A stretch of DNA of 64,000 nucleotides from Kofleriaceae bacterium (lineage in GTDB: Bacteria > Myxococcota_A > Polyangia > Haliangiales > Haliangiaceae), in the NCBI GenBank assembly GCA_020633495.1, contig JACKDR010000001.1, positions 182,105 to 246,104 on the forward strand, written 5' to 3'. Under the pieces are notes generated by a model. The model saw only the letters and a program-made list of their open reading frames with translations, searched no databases and was not told the origin of the DNA. Of this stretch, positions 29,907-37,798 are shown in pieces (position 1 is the first letter of the stretch; each line of letters opens with the position of its first letter). The translations under genes and the position numbers were made by a program.

Positions 29907-31040
29907 TCAGATGAGCAGCGGGCGGCCGCCGACGAACAGCGTGTCCTGCTCGGCGGCGGCGCCGTCGGACAGCTCGACCTCGACCATCTGGCCGCGCAGC
30001 ATCTTCTCCCGGTGCGGGTGCTTGAAGCTGACCTCGCCGGGCAGCACCTCGAGGACCTTGCCGACCCGGTGGCAGATGATCATCTCGAGCTTGCACGCGT
30101 ACAGCGGCGTGCCGGCCTTGACGTTGTGGAGGTTGCCGTAGGGGACGAACGCGACGCTGGCGCCGTCGTCGATCGCGCGCAGCCACGGCGACTGGCGCAG
30201 GCCGTCGAGGATCGCGTCCTGGCGGGCCAGCCCGGCCTGCAGCGCCTTGCGGTTCTCGATCGCCTTGGCGGTCTCGAGCCGCTGCAGCGCGTACTCCTGC
30301 TTGATCTTGAGGACGTCGTACGACAGCGCGCCGTCGCCGCCCTTCTCGGTCAGGATCGCGTCGAGCGCGTTGGCCTCGGCCTCGAGGTCGGCGGCGCGGG
30401 TCTCGTACTCGGCCTGACGCTCGGCCAGCGACAGGTTCGAGGTCGTGATCTGCGCGACCTGGTACTTGCCCGACAGCATCTCGCTGCGGTCGATCAGCCC
30501 GGCCGCGTACTCCTGGGCCATGCGCTTCTTCGACGCGTTGGCGAACGCGGCGTTGTTGCGCTCGACCTTGCGCCGGGCGCTGCCGTACTGATGGGCGAGG
30601 CTGCGGGCCCGGTCGAGGGCGTTGCGGCGGCCCTCGAGGTCGGCGCGGATCGCGGCGGCGAACTCGGCCTGGTAGTCCTGCTGGACCGCGATATAGCGAT
30701 CGGCGTGGGCCAGCTCCGCGGCCATGCGATCGCGGACGTTCTCCTGCTCGGCGACCTGGGCCTGCAGCGCCAGCACCCGCTCGTCGCTCGCCGACACCGC
30801 CATCGGCTGGATCCAGCTGTCGCTGACGAAGTAGAAGACGCTGGTCGCGATGTAGCCGATCAGCACGACGACGATGATCGTCAGCACCGCGAAGCCCAGG
30901 GCCCGGTAGGTGTTGACCAGCATCTTCTGGGTCTGCTGCGGATCCGCGGCGGGGCGGCCGAGGCCGAGGTCCTCGAAGACCTTCCAGCGCTCGGCGTCGC
31001 TGACCCGCGGCGGCGGCGCCGCGACCATCGGCGGCGCCAT
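29907..31040 (-). CDS. Membrane-anchored coiled-coil protein, HlyD/membrane-fusion-like topology (start uncertain)
   Basis: A Pro/Ala-rich N-terminus is followed by a single TM (FAVLTIIVVVLIGYIATSVFYFV), a long coiled coil and a C-terminal beta domain. The true start may lie further upstream because two frames are open up to ~31500. Confidence 0.5.
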   Translation of the reverse strand: MAPPMVAAPPPRVSDAERWKVFEDLGLGRPAADPQQTQKMLVNTYRALGFAVLTIIVVVLIGYIATSVFYFVSDSWIQPMAVSASDERVLALQAQVAEQENVRDRMAAELAHADRYIAVQQDYQAEFAAAIRADLEGRRNALDRARSLAHQYGSARRKVERNNAAFANASKKRMAQEYAAGLIDRSEMLSGKYQVAQITTSNLSLAERQAEYETRAADLEAEANALDAILTEKGGDGALSYDVLKIKQEYALQRLETAKAIENRKALQAGLARQDAILDGLRQSPWLRAIDDGASVAFVPYGNLHNVKAGTPLYACKLEMIICHRVGKVLEVLPGEVSFKHPHREKMLRGQMVEVELSDGAAAEQDTLFVGGRPLLI

Positions 31041-31751
31041 CACCGGCGCCGAGCCGGCGGCCAGCGCGGTGTGCGGCACCGCGGTCTCGATCGTGTCCGC
31101 CGGCGGCGGCACCGGCGCGGTCGCCGGCGAGAACGCGGCCGGCCAGGCGGCGACGCGATCGACGAGGGTCGGATCGGCGCCGAACGGCGACGGCCCGGCG
31201 GCGGGCGGCCGCGCCGGCTGCGGCGCCGCGGCCAGCGCGGTGTTGCCGGCGGCGACGAAGCGCCGCCGCCGCGCGGCTCGGGCACGGGACGCTTGAACGG
31301 GATGACGTTGGTGGTGTCGGCGCGCGCCGGCGGGGTGGCGCGCACCAGGGCGGCCAGGCCGCCGCCGCCGATCGGGCGCGACGCGCGCGGCGCCTCCGGC
31401 ACCGGCCGCGACGCGCGCGGCGCCGGCAGTGAGGCGCGCGGCGGCAGCGCGCGGGACGCGCCGCGGGCAGCGGCGGCCGCGCGCTGCCCGGCGGACGCAG
31501 GGAGGCACGGGGAGAGGCGGCGGGACGGGGTGGAGCGGCGCGCGACTTGGGTTCGGACACGTCGTCCTCGAGGCGAGGGGGTGAGCGGCGGAGTCACGGA
31601 GTTTTGCAAGAAGGCCGCCACGGCCGGTTCACCGCTATGTCCGCGTCCTGGCGCACGAACCAAGGCTCCCATGAAGGGTCGCGCCCCCACGTGTGGGACT
31701 CCGTCCCCCGGCCGCACCGCGTCGTGATGGCGCTGACTCGACGGATCTTCG

Positions 31752-33023
31752 ATGTCCACGACCGTCGTGGCGCACGGCACCGCTCTTGCTGAGGTTCCGT
31801 CGAACCAGCAGATGTCCGCCTTCCCCATCTACCTCTTCATCTTCATCGTCTTCCTGAACCGCTACGTGTTCGGGCTCTACCTGTCGCTGGTCCGCGGCAA
31901 GAAGTTCGACCAGAAGATCGAGGGGTACGAGCCGACGATCGGCGTGGTCGTGCCGCTCTACAACGAGGGCAAGTCGATCTACGACACGATCGTCAGCCTG
32001 GTGAAGCTCGAGTACCCGGCCGACAAGCTGACGATCACCGTGGTCGACGACTGCTCGACCGACGACAGCTACCAGTGGGCGCAGAAGGCGGCCGACGAGT
32101 TCCCCAACGTCACGGTGCTGCGCAACCCGTACAACATGGGCAAGCGCAAGGGCATCAACCACGCCGTGCGCCAGAGCACGGCCGAGATCATCGTCTCGGT
32201 CGACTCCGACGTCATCGTCTACCCGTCGGCGCTGCGCGAGCTGGTCGCGCGCTTCACCGGGCCCGAGGTCGCCGCGGTCGGCGGTCGCATCCACGTCTCC
32301 AACCCCAACGACAACTGGCTGACCAAGCTGCAGACGATCAAGTACTACTTCGGCCAGGAGCACCTCAAGAACCTGGAACGGTCGCTGCGCTCGGTGATGT
32401 GCCTGTCGGGGTGCCTGACCGCGTACCGCCGCCACGTCCTGATCGAGCTCGAGCCCGTCCTCGAGAACCGCAACCTGCTCGGCGTGCCCATCAAGTACGG
32501 CGAGGACCGGTTCCTGACCCGGCAGATCGTCAAGCGCGGCTACCGCACGGTCATGACGATGGACGCGATGTGCTTCACCAAGGCGCCGACCCAGCTCAAG
32601 GCGTACTTCAACCAGCAGCTGCGCTGGAAGCGCTCCAACATCGTCGACTTCATCGGCGGCATCGGCCACGCCTGGCGCCTGCACCCGCTCTTGTGCGTGC
32701 AGTACCTGTCGATGCTGATGCTGCTGTTCATCTACCCGTTCGTGATCATCAGCCACGTCCTCGACGGCTCGTTCTTCGACCTGGCGGTCTTCCACCTCGC
32801 GGTGATCGCGGCGTTCAGCCTGGTCTACTACTTCTCGCCGTCGACCCGTCGCCTGCCGCCGTGGCTGCGCGTCCACCCCGCCGCGTTCCTGCCGATGGCG
32901 GTGCTGATGCCGGTGGCCTACCTGACCCTGACCCCGCTGGGCATGTTCACCCTCGACACGTCGAGCTGGGAGACCCGCGGCCACGTCGCCGGCGTCGCGC
33001 CCGGCCCCGGAGCCGCGCCGTGA
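31752..33023 (+). CDS. Family 2 glycosyltransferase, processive synthase type (NodC/HasA/PgaC-like)
   Basis: The GT-A motifs DDCSTDDS and DSD and the QQLRWKRS (QxxRW) motif are present, flanked by N- and C-terminal TM helices. Confidence 0.85.
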   Translation: MSTTVVAHGTALAEVPSNQQMSAFPIYLFIFIVFLNRYVFGLYLSLVRGKKFDQKIEGYEPTIGVVVPLYNEGKSIYDTIVSLVKLEYPADKLTITVVDDCSTDDSYQWAQKAADEFPNVTVLRNPYNMGKRKGINHAVRQSTAEIIVSVDSDVIVYPSALRELVARFTGPEVAAVGGRIHVSNPNDNWLTKLQTIKYYFGQEHLKNLERSLRSVMCLSGCLTAYRRHVLIELEPVLENRNLLGVPIKYGEDRFLTRQIVKRGYRTVMTMDAMCFTKAPTQLKAYFNQQLRWKRSNIVDFIGGIGHAWRLHPLLCVQYLSMLMLLFIYPFVIISHVLDGSFFDLAVFHLAVIAAFSLVYYFSPSTRRLPPWLRVHPAAFLPMAVLMPVAYLTLTPLGMFTLDTSSWETRGHVAGVAPGPGAAP

Positions 33024-33763
33024 TCGTCGCCGCCCATCAGCCGTCGTACCTGCCCTGGCTGGGCTACCTCGACAAGATGCTGGCGGCCGACGTCTTTGTC
33101 GTGATGGACGACCTCCAGTACGAGGCCCAGAACTTCCAGAACCGCAACCGGCTCAAGCTCAACCAGGGCGCCGCGTGGGTCACGGTCCCGCTCGAGCGCG
33201 GCACCCAGCGCGATCGCATCCTCGACAAGCGCATCCACAACGGCGGCAACCCCAAGGAGCACTGGCAGCGCCGCACCTGGCTGACGATCAAGACCCACTA
33301 CGGCAAGGCCGCGCACTTCGATCGCTACGCGCCCGAGCTCGAGGAGCTGTTCACCCGGCGCTGGGACCGCCTCGTCGATCTCGACCAGCACGTCCTGACC
33401 CTGGCGCGGCGCTGGCTCGGTATCACCAAGCCGATCCTGCACGCGTCGTCGCTCGGCCTGGTCGGCGACAAGACCGACCGCATCATCGACCTGTGCCGCA
33501 AGGTCGGCGCCCGGGTCTACCTGTCGGGCAGCGGCGGCTCGACCGGCTACCTCGACGTCGACGCCCTGCACCGCGCCGGCATCAGCGTGCGCTGGCAGCG
33601 CTTCGATCACCCGGTCTACCCGCAGCGCTACCCGGCGCAGGGCTTCGTCCCCAACCTCGCGTTCCTCGATCTGATCCTCAACTGCGGCGCCGCAAGCGCC
33701 GCGATCCTGCGCGGTGGCGACCTGCAAAGTCGCGACCTGCCGCGGGCGGAGGCGATGCCGTGA
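33020..33763 (+). CDS. WbqC-like family protein
   Basis: It matches the WbqC-like N-terminal consensus (HQPSYLPWLGYLDKMLAADVFVVMDDLQYEAQNFQNRNRL). The GTG overlaps the GT2 stop (GTGA). Confidence 0.75.
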   Translation: MIVAAHQPSYLPWLGYLDKMLAADVFVVMDDLQYEAQNFQNRNRLKLNQGAAWVTVPLERGTQRDRILDKRIHNGGNPKEHWQRRTWLTIKTHYGKAAHFDRYAPELEELFTRRWDRLVDLDQHVLTLARRWLGITKPILHASSLGLVGDKTDRIIDLCRKVGARVYLSGSGGSTGYLDVDALHRAGISVRWQRFDHPVYPQRYPAQGFVPNLAFLDLILNCGAASAAILRGGDLQSRDLPRAEAMP

Positions 33764-34392
33764 ACCGCATCTTCGACGAAGAGAAGGGCGGCCGCGTGCT
33801 CGCCTTCGGCGCCCACCCCGACGATCTCGAGGTCGGCGCCGGGGGCCTCTTGGCGCGCCTGTCGAACGAGGGCGCCGACGTCACGATGTGCGTGGTGTCG
33901 ATCCCCAACCGCGGCGACGAGCGCGCCGCCGAGGCCCGCGCCGGCGCCGAGGTCATCGGCGCCGACCTGTTCATCCTCTACGAGGGCAAGCCGTGCCGGG
34001 TCGAGGACATCCCGATGCACGAGCTGGTCGGTCGCTTCGACCAGCTGGTCGGCGACCTCCGACCCGACCTGGTGATCACCCACTCGGGCCACGACCTGCA
34101 CTGGGACCACGGCCTGGTCAACCGCGCCACGGTGTCGGCGCTGCGCCGGACCCCGTGCGATCTGCTGTCGTTCCTGTCGAGCCCGGAGATGAACGCGCAG
34201 TCGCGCTCGTACGGCCAGTGCTTCGCCGACATCTCGACGACGATGGACACCAAGCTGGCCGCGATCTCGGCGCACAAGTCGCAGCTGCCCAAGCTCGACC
34301 TCGAGTCGAGCCGCGACCTGGCCCGCGCCATGGGCCGCATCAGCGGCGTCGCCTACGCCGAGGCCTACGAGGTCCTGCGCGTCCGGATCTGA
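33760..34392 (+). CDS. PIG-L/LmbE-family N-acetylglucosaminyl deacetylase
   Basis: It has an AHPDDLEVGAGG zinc-binding motif and HSGHDLHWDHG. The GTG overlaps the previous stop (GTGA). Confidence 0.85.
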   Translation: MNRIFDEEKGGRVLAFGAHPDDLEVGAGGLLARLSNEGADVTMCVVSIPNRGDERAAEARAGAEVIGADLFILYEGKPCRVEDIPMHELVGRFDQLVGDLRPDLVITHSGHDLHWDHGLVNRATVSALRRTPCDLLSFLSSPEMNAQSRSYGQCFADISTTMDTKLAAISAHKSQLPKLDLESSRDLARAMGRISGVAYAEAYEVLRVRI

Positions 34393-34615
34393 TCCCGTGC
34401 GCGTGCCCGTGCCCGTGCCCGATCCGGACTCTGGTTCTGTTCTGATCCCGTGCCCGTGCCCGATCCGGACTCTGGTTCTGTTCTGATCCCGTGCCCGTGC
34501 CCGTGCCCGTGCCCGTGCCCGATCCGGACTCTGGTTCTGTTCTGATCCCGTGCCCGTGCCCGTGCCCGTGCCTGTGCCCGTGCCCGTGCCCGTGCCCGTG
34601 CCCGATCCGGCTCCC
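34388..34615. repeat. Minisatellite array of four variable-length units, each ending in (CCCGTG)n
   Basis: Direct reading. Units share the core GATCCGGACTCTGGTTCTGTTCTGATCCCGTGCCC and carry 2-9 CCCGTG hexamers each. The array is intergenic between the deacetylase and the DMT transporter. Confidence 0.9.
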
Positions 34616-34685
34616 GCTTCCGGTCCACCTCCGCCCTCCCCTTCCCCGGTGACCTCCTGCCCGCCGCGGTGTATCGTCCGCGCCC

Positions 34686-35564
34686 TTGCCGTCCCCCGGT
34701 GAACTGGCCGCGCTCGGTACCGCCGGTGCCTGGACCTGCTCGTCGCTGGCGTTCGCCGCCGCTGCCGAGCGCATCGGCTCGCTGTCGCTCAACCTGATCC
34801 GGATCGGCATCGCGCTGATCTGGCTGACGGTGATCGCCACGATCACCCGCGGCCTGCCGCTGCCCACCGACGCCAGCGCTCACACCTGGCTGTACCTGAC
34901 CCTGTCGGGCGCGGTCGGGTTCGTCCTCGGCGACCTGTGCTTCTTCCGCGCGCTGATCGAGATCGGGCCGCGGCTGACCATGCTGATCCAGACCACGACG
35001 CCGATCTTCGCGGCGGCGATCAGCTGGGTCGCGCTGGGCGAGGGGCTGTCGCCGCGCGGCCTGATCGGCCTGGTCCTCGTCGTCGCCGGCGTCGCCTGGG
35101 CGGTGAGCGCGCGACGCGGCACCACCACGATGCGCCGCCCCGGCCGCGGCGTGCTGCTCGCGCTGGGCGGTGCCCTCGGCCAGGCCGGCGGCCTGATCCT
35201 CACCAAGCATGGCCTCGGCGACTACCCGCCGATCGCCGGCAACCAGATCCGCGCCCTGGCCGCGCTGGTCGGCTTCGCGATCGTCCTGACCGCGTCGCGG
35301 TGGTGGCCCCACTTCCGCCGCGGCGTCCGCGACGGCCGCGCCATGGCCTTCGCCGCCACCGGCGCGACCCTGGGCCCGTTCATCGGCGTGACGCTGTCGC
35401 TGTACGCGGTGTCGCACGCCAAGGCCGGCGTCGCCGCCGCGCTGATGTCGACGCCGCCGGTGATGATCCTGCCCTACGTGTGGTGGCGCGGCGAGCAGGT
35501 CGGCGCCGCCGGCGTCCTCGGCGCTCTGACCGCGGTCGCCGGCGTCGCGCTGCTGGTCACGTGA
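34686..35564 (+). CDS. EamA/DMT-family transporter
   Basis: Ten predicted TM helices and two EamA-like halves are present. The start codon is uncertain; the track begins at a TTG. Confidence 0.7.
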   Translation: MPSPGELAALGTAGAWTCSSLAFAAAAERIGSLSLNLIRIGIALIWLTVIATITRGLPLPTDASAHTWLYLTLSGAVGFVLGDLCFFRALIEIGPRLTMLIQTTTPIFAAAISWVALGEGLSPRGLIGLVLVVAGVAWAVSARRGTTTMRRPGRGVLLALGGALGQAGGLILTKHGLGDYPPIAGNQIRALAALVGFAIVLTASRWWPHFRRGVRDGRAMAFAATGATLGPFIGVTLSLYAVSHAKAGVAAALMSTPPVMILPYVWWRGEQVGAAGVLGALTAVAGVALLVT

Positions 35565-35576
35565 CCGCGCGCCGGC

Positions 35577-36488
35577 TCAAGGCCAGCGGACGCCGGTGAG
35601 GTCCTCGGACAGCGCCCACAGCCGGGCGGCCCGGGCGTCGTCGCGGGCCGCGCGCGACGGCGTCGCGACCTTGCAGCGCACGAAGTACTGGCCGGTGACG
35701 TCGGCGACCTCGGGCGCCGACGCCAGGTAGATCGACGTGCGCGCCCCCTTCGCGGGGGTGAGCAGGACCCGCTTGCCGATCCGCATGCCGACCCGGTACA
35801 GCCACGAGCCGTCGCGCCCGAACCCCGACGCGATCGCGCCCGGGTGCAGCGCGTTGGAGGTGACGCCGGTGCCGGCGAGCCGCCGCGCCGCCTCGCGGGC
35901 GAACCACAGGTTGCACAGCTTGGACGCGCCGTACGCGAACGACTCGCGGTAGCCGCGCTCGCCGTACGGCAGGTCGTCCCAGGTGAAGCGGGCGAACCGG
36001 TGGCCCAGCGACGACACCGTGATCAGCCGCGCCGGCGCCGACGCCACCAGCAGGTCGCGCAGCTCCGCCGACAGCAGGAACGCCGCCAGGTGGTTGACCG
36101 CGAACGTGCGCTCGAAGCCGTCGACGGTCAGCTCGCGGCGATCGTTGATCGCGCCGGCGTTGTTGAGCAGGACGTCGAGGCGGTCGAAGCGGTCGCGGAC
36201 CTCGGCGGCGGCGCGCCGGACCTCGGCGAGCGACGCCAGGTCGGCGACCACCCGCTCGAGCCTCGCCGCGGGCGCGGTGGCGAGGATCGACGCCGCCGCG
36301 GCGTCGGCGCGGGCCGGATCGCGCACCAGCATGACGACGCGGGCGCCGCGCGCCGCCAGCGCGCGCGCCGCCTCGAGGCCGATGCCCGAGCTGGCGCCGG
36401 TGACGAGGACGGTGCGGCCGTCCATCGTCGGGGGCGTGGGCGTCGTCGGGGCGTCGTCGGGCTCGGCCATGGCGGCGCACCGTAGCAC
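35577..36488 (-). CDS. Short-chain dehydrogenase/reductase (SDR), retinol-dehydrogenase-like
   Basis: The TGASSGIG cofactor motif and a YGASK catalytic motif are present. Confidence 0.85.
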   Translation of the reverse strand: MLRCAAMAEPDDAPTTPTPPTMDGRTVLVTGASSGIGLEAARALAARGARVVMLVRDPARADAAAASILATAPAARLERVVADLASLAEVRRAAAEVRDRFDRLDVLLNNAGAINDRRELTVDGFERTFAVNHLAAFLLSAELRDLLVASAPARLITVSSLGHRFARFTWDDLPYGERGYRESFAYGASKLCNLWFAREAARRLAGTGVTSNALHPGAIASGFGRDGSWLYRVGMRIGKRVLLTPAKGARTSIYLASAPEVADVTGQYFVRCKVATPSRAARDDARAARLWALSEDLTGVRWP

Positions 36489-36505
36489 GCGCTAGGCTCG
36501 GCCCG

Positions 36506-37597
36506 ATGACACCACGTCGAGGGCTCGCGGTGCTGCTGGGGATGATCGGGCTCGCCGGGTGCGGCGGCGCCGCGCCGCCGCCGCCCGCGGGCGTCGCGCG
36601 CCCCACCGCCGTCGATCTGTCGCACCCGACGCTGACCCTCGAGTACCTGGTGTGGTCGGGCGGCGTCGACGGCGACACCGTGTGGCTCGACGCCGACGGC
36701 CACGAGCGCGGCCGCGCCCACGGCGCCTGGGTGTCGCGCGGCGGTCGGCTGTGGCAGCTGCGGCTGCGGCAGGAGCGCTACCCGGCGTCGCCGTGTAACG
36801 CCGGCCCGACCGGCGCGCCGACGCCGCCCGGCGAGATCGTCGTCGACGTGCTCGAGCTGGTGGCACCGCCGGTCCCGGCCGCGGACACCCGGGGCGCCGG
36901 CCGTGGCGGCGGCGGCTACGGCGGCGATGGCTACGGCGGCGATGGCTATGGCCTCGAGGACGACGAGTACGACGGCTACGACGGCTACGACGGCTACGAC
37001 GGCTATGACGGCTACGGCAACGGCGAGGCCGTGCGCCAGCTGTCGTCGGGCGGCTACGGCGGCGGCCCCGGCGCGGTCCACACCGTGACGCTCCGCGGCC
37101 AGCTCGGCCGCTTCGTGTTCCTCGACGAGCGCACCGCCGGCACCGGCTGCGACGGCGTCACCCGCGCCGAGGTCACCGCGCACGCCTACGACCTGTCGAC
37201 CAGCAACTGGCTCGAGCCGCTGGTCCGCGACGACGACGAGGCGGCGCTGATCCGCACCGCGACGCCGCAGCTCGCCCGCCTCGCCGCCACCACCACCGCG
37301 CCCGACGCCTGGATCGCCGAGGCCCGGCCGCGCTGGCGCGACGGCGGGTTCGGCGTCGACGCGCTGGTGGTCGCCGCGTGCCCGGCCTGCGCCGCCGGCG
37401 AGTGGTCGTCGGGCACCGCGGCGATCTGGCTCGAGGCGCCCGCGGCGCCGCCGGCGATCGAGGAGGAGGCCGAGCTGCCCGAGCCGGTGCGCGCGTGGCT
37501 GTCGCGCGCCGCCGGGCCCACCGGCGTCAGCAGCGGCCTGCCGGATCGGAGCTGGTCGCGGCTGCTCGGCGGCGGCGGCGGCGACGTCGCGCGCTGA
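36506..37597 (+). CDS. Lipoprotein with a Gly/Tyr/Asp repeat region (GYGGD x2, DGY x5)
   Basis: It has a lipoprotein signal (LLGMIGLAGC). The repeats are encoded by 9-bp and 15-bp tandem DNA repeats at 36905-37020. Confidence 0.65.
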   Translation: MTPRRGLAVLLGMIGLAGCGGAAPPPPAGVARPTAVDLSHPTLTLEYLVWSGGVDGDTVWLDADGHERGRAHGAWVSRGGRLWQLRLRQERYPASPCNAGPTGAPTPPGEIVVDVLELVAPPVPAADTRGAGRGGGGYGGDGYGGDGYGLEDDEYDGYDGYDGYDGYDGYGNGEAVRQLSSGGYGGGPGAVHTVTLRGQLGRFVFLDERTAGTGCDGVTRAEVTAHAYDLSTSNWLEPLVRDDDEAALIRTATPQLARLAATTTAPDAWIAEARPRWRDGGFGVDALVVAACPACAAGEWSSGTAAIWLEAPAAPPAIEEEAELPEPVRAWLSRAAGPTGVSSGLPDRSWSRLLGGGGGDVAR

Positions 37598-37613
37598 GCG
37601 TGAGTCGCGCGGG

Positions 37614-37785
37614 AGCGGATCAAGAGACAGAGCCCGGATCGGGCACGGGCACGGGCACGGGCACGGGCACGGGCACGGGCACGGGCACGGGCACGGGCAC
37701 GGGCACGGGCACGGGCACGGGCACGGGCATGGGCATGGGCACGGATCAGAACCAGAGCGGATCGGGCGCGAGCACGGGCGGGCCT
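37614..37785. repeat. (GGGCAC)n array of about 17 hexamers; inverted copy of the 34388-34615 minisatellite
   Basis: The reverse complement shares GATCCG..CTCTGGTTCTG..GATCCGTGCCC with the left array. Its G-rich strand is (GGGNNN)n, a textbook G-quadruplex motif. Confidence 0.9.
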
Positions 37786-37798
37786 GGTACGATGGGGC

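Noticed and set aside
15686-34392. Long N-terminal extensions of track ORFs 15686..17272, 16558..18336, 21113..25114, 22537..27033, 32075..33763, 33175..34392
   Set aside because: The extensions are read-through of the upstream gene in another frame and are Arg-rich. The true starts are the GTG/ATG codons overlapping the upstream stops (GTGA/ATGA), giving pgl, glk, GH63, GDE, WbqC-like and PIG-L of normal length.
34340-35417. ORFs 34340..34867 (-) and 34365..35417 (-) encoding HG/GT dipeptide repeats
   Set aside because: The repeats are simply the hexamer array translated. The remainder is Arg-rich and antisense to the DMT transporter.
34388-37785. CRISPR array hypothesis for the (CCCGTG)n/(GGGCAC)n arrays
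   Set aside because: The hexamers are contiguous microsatellite units with no unique spacers of 25-40 bp and no cas genes nearby. It is a minisatellite, not CRISPR.
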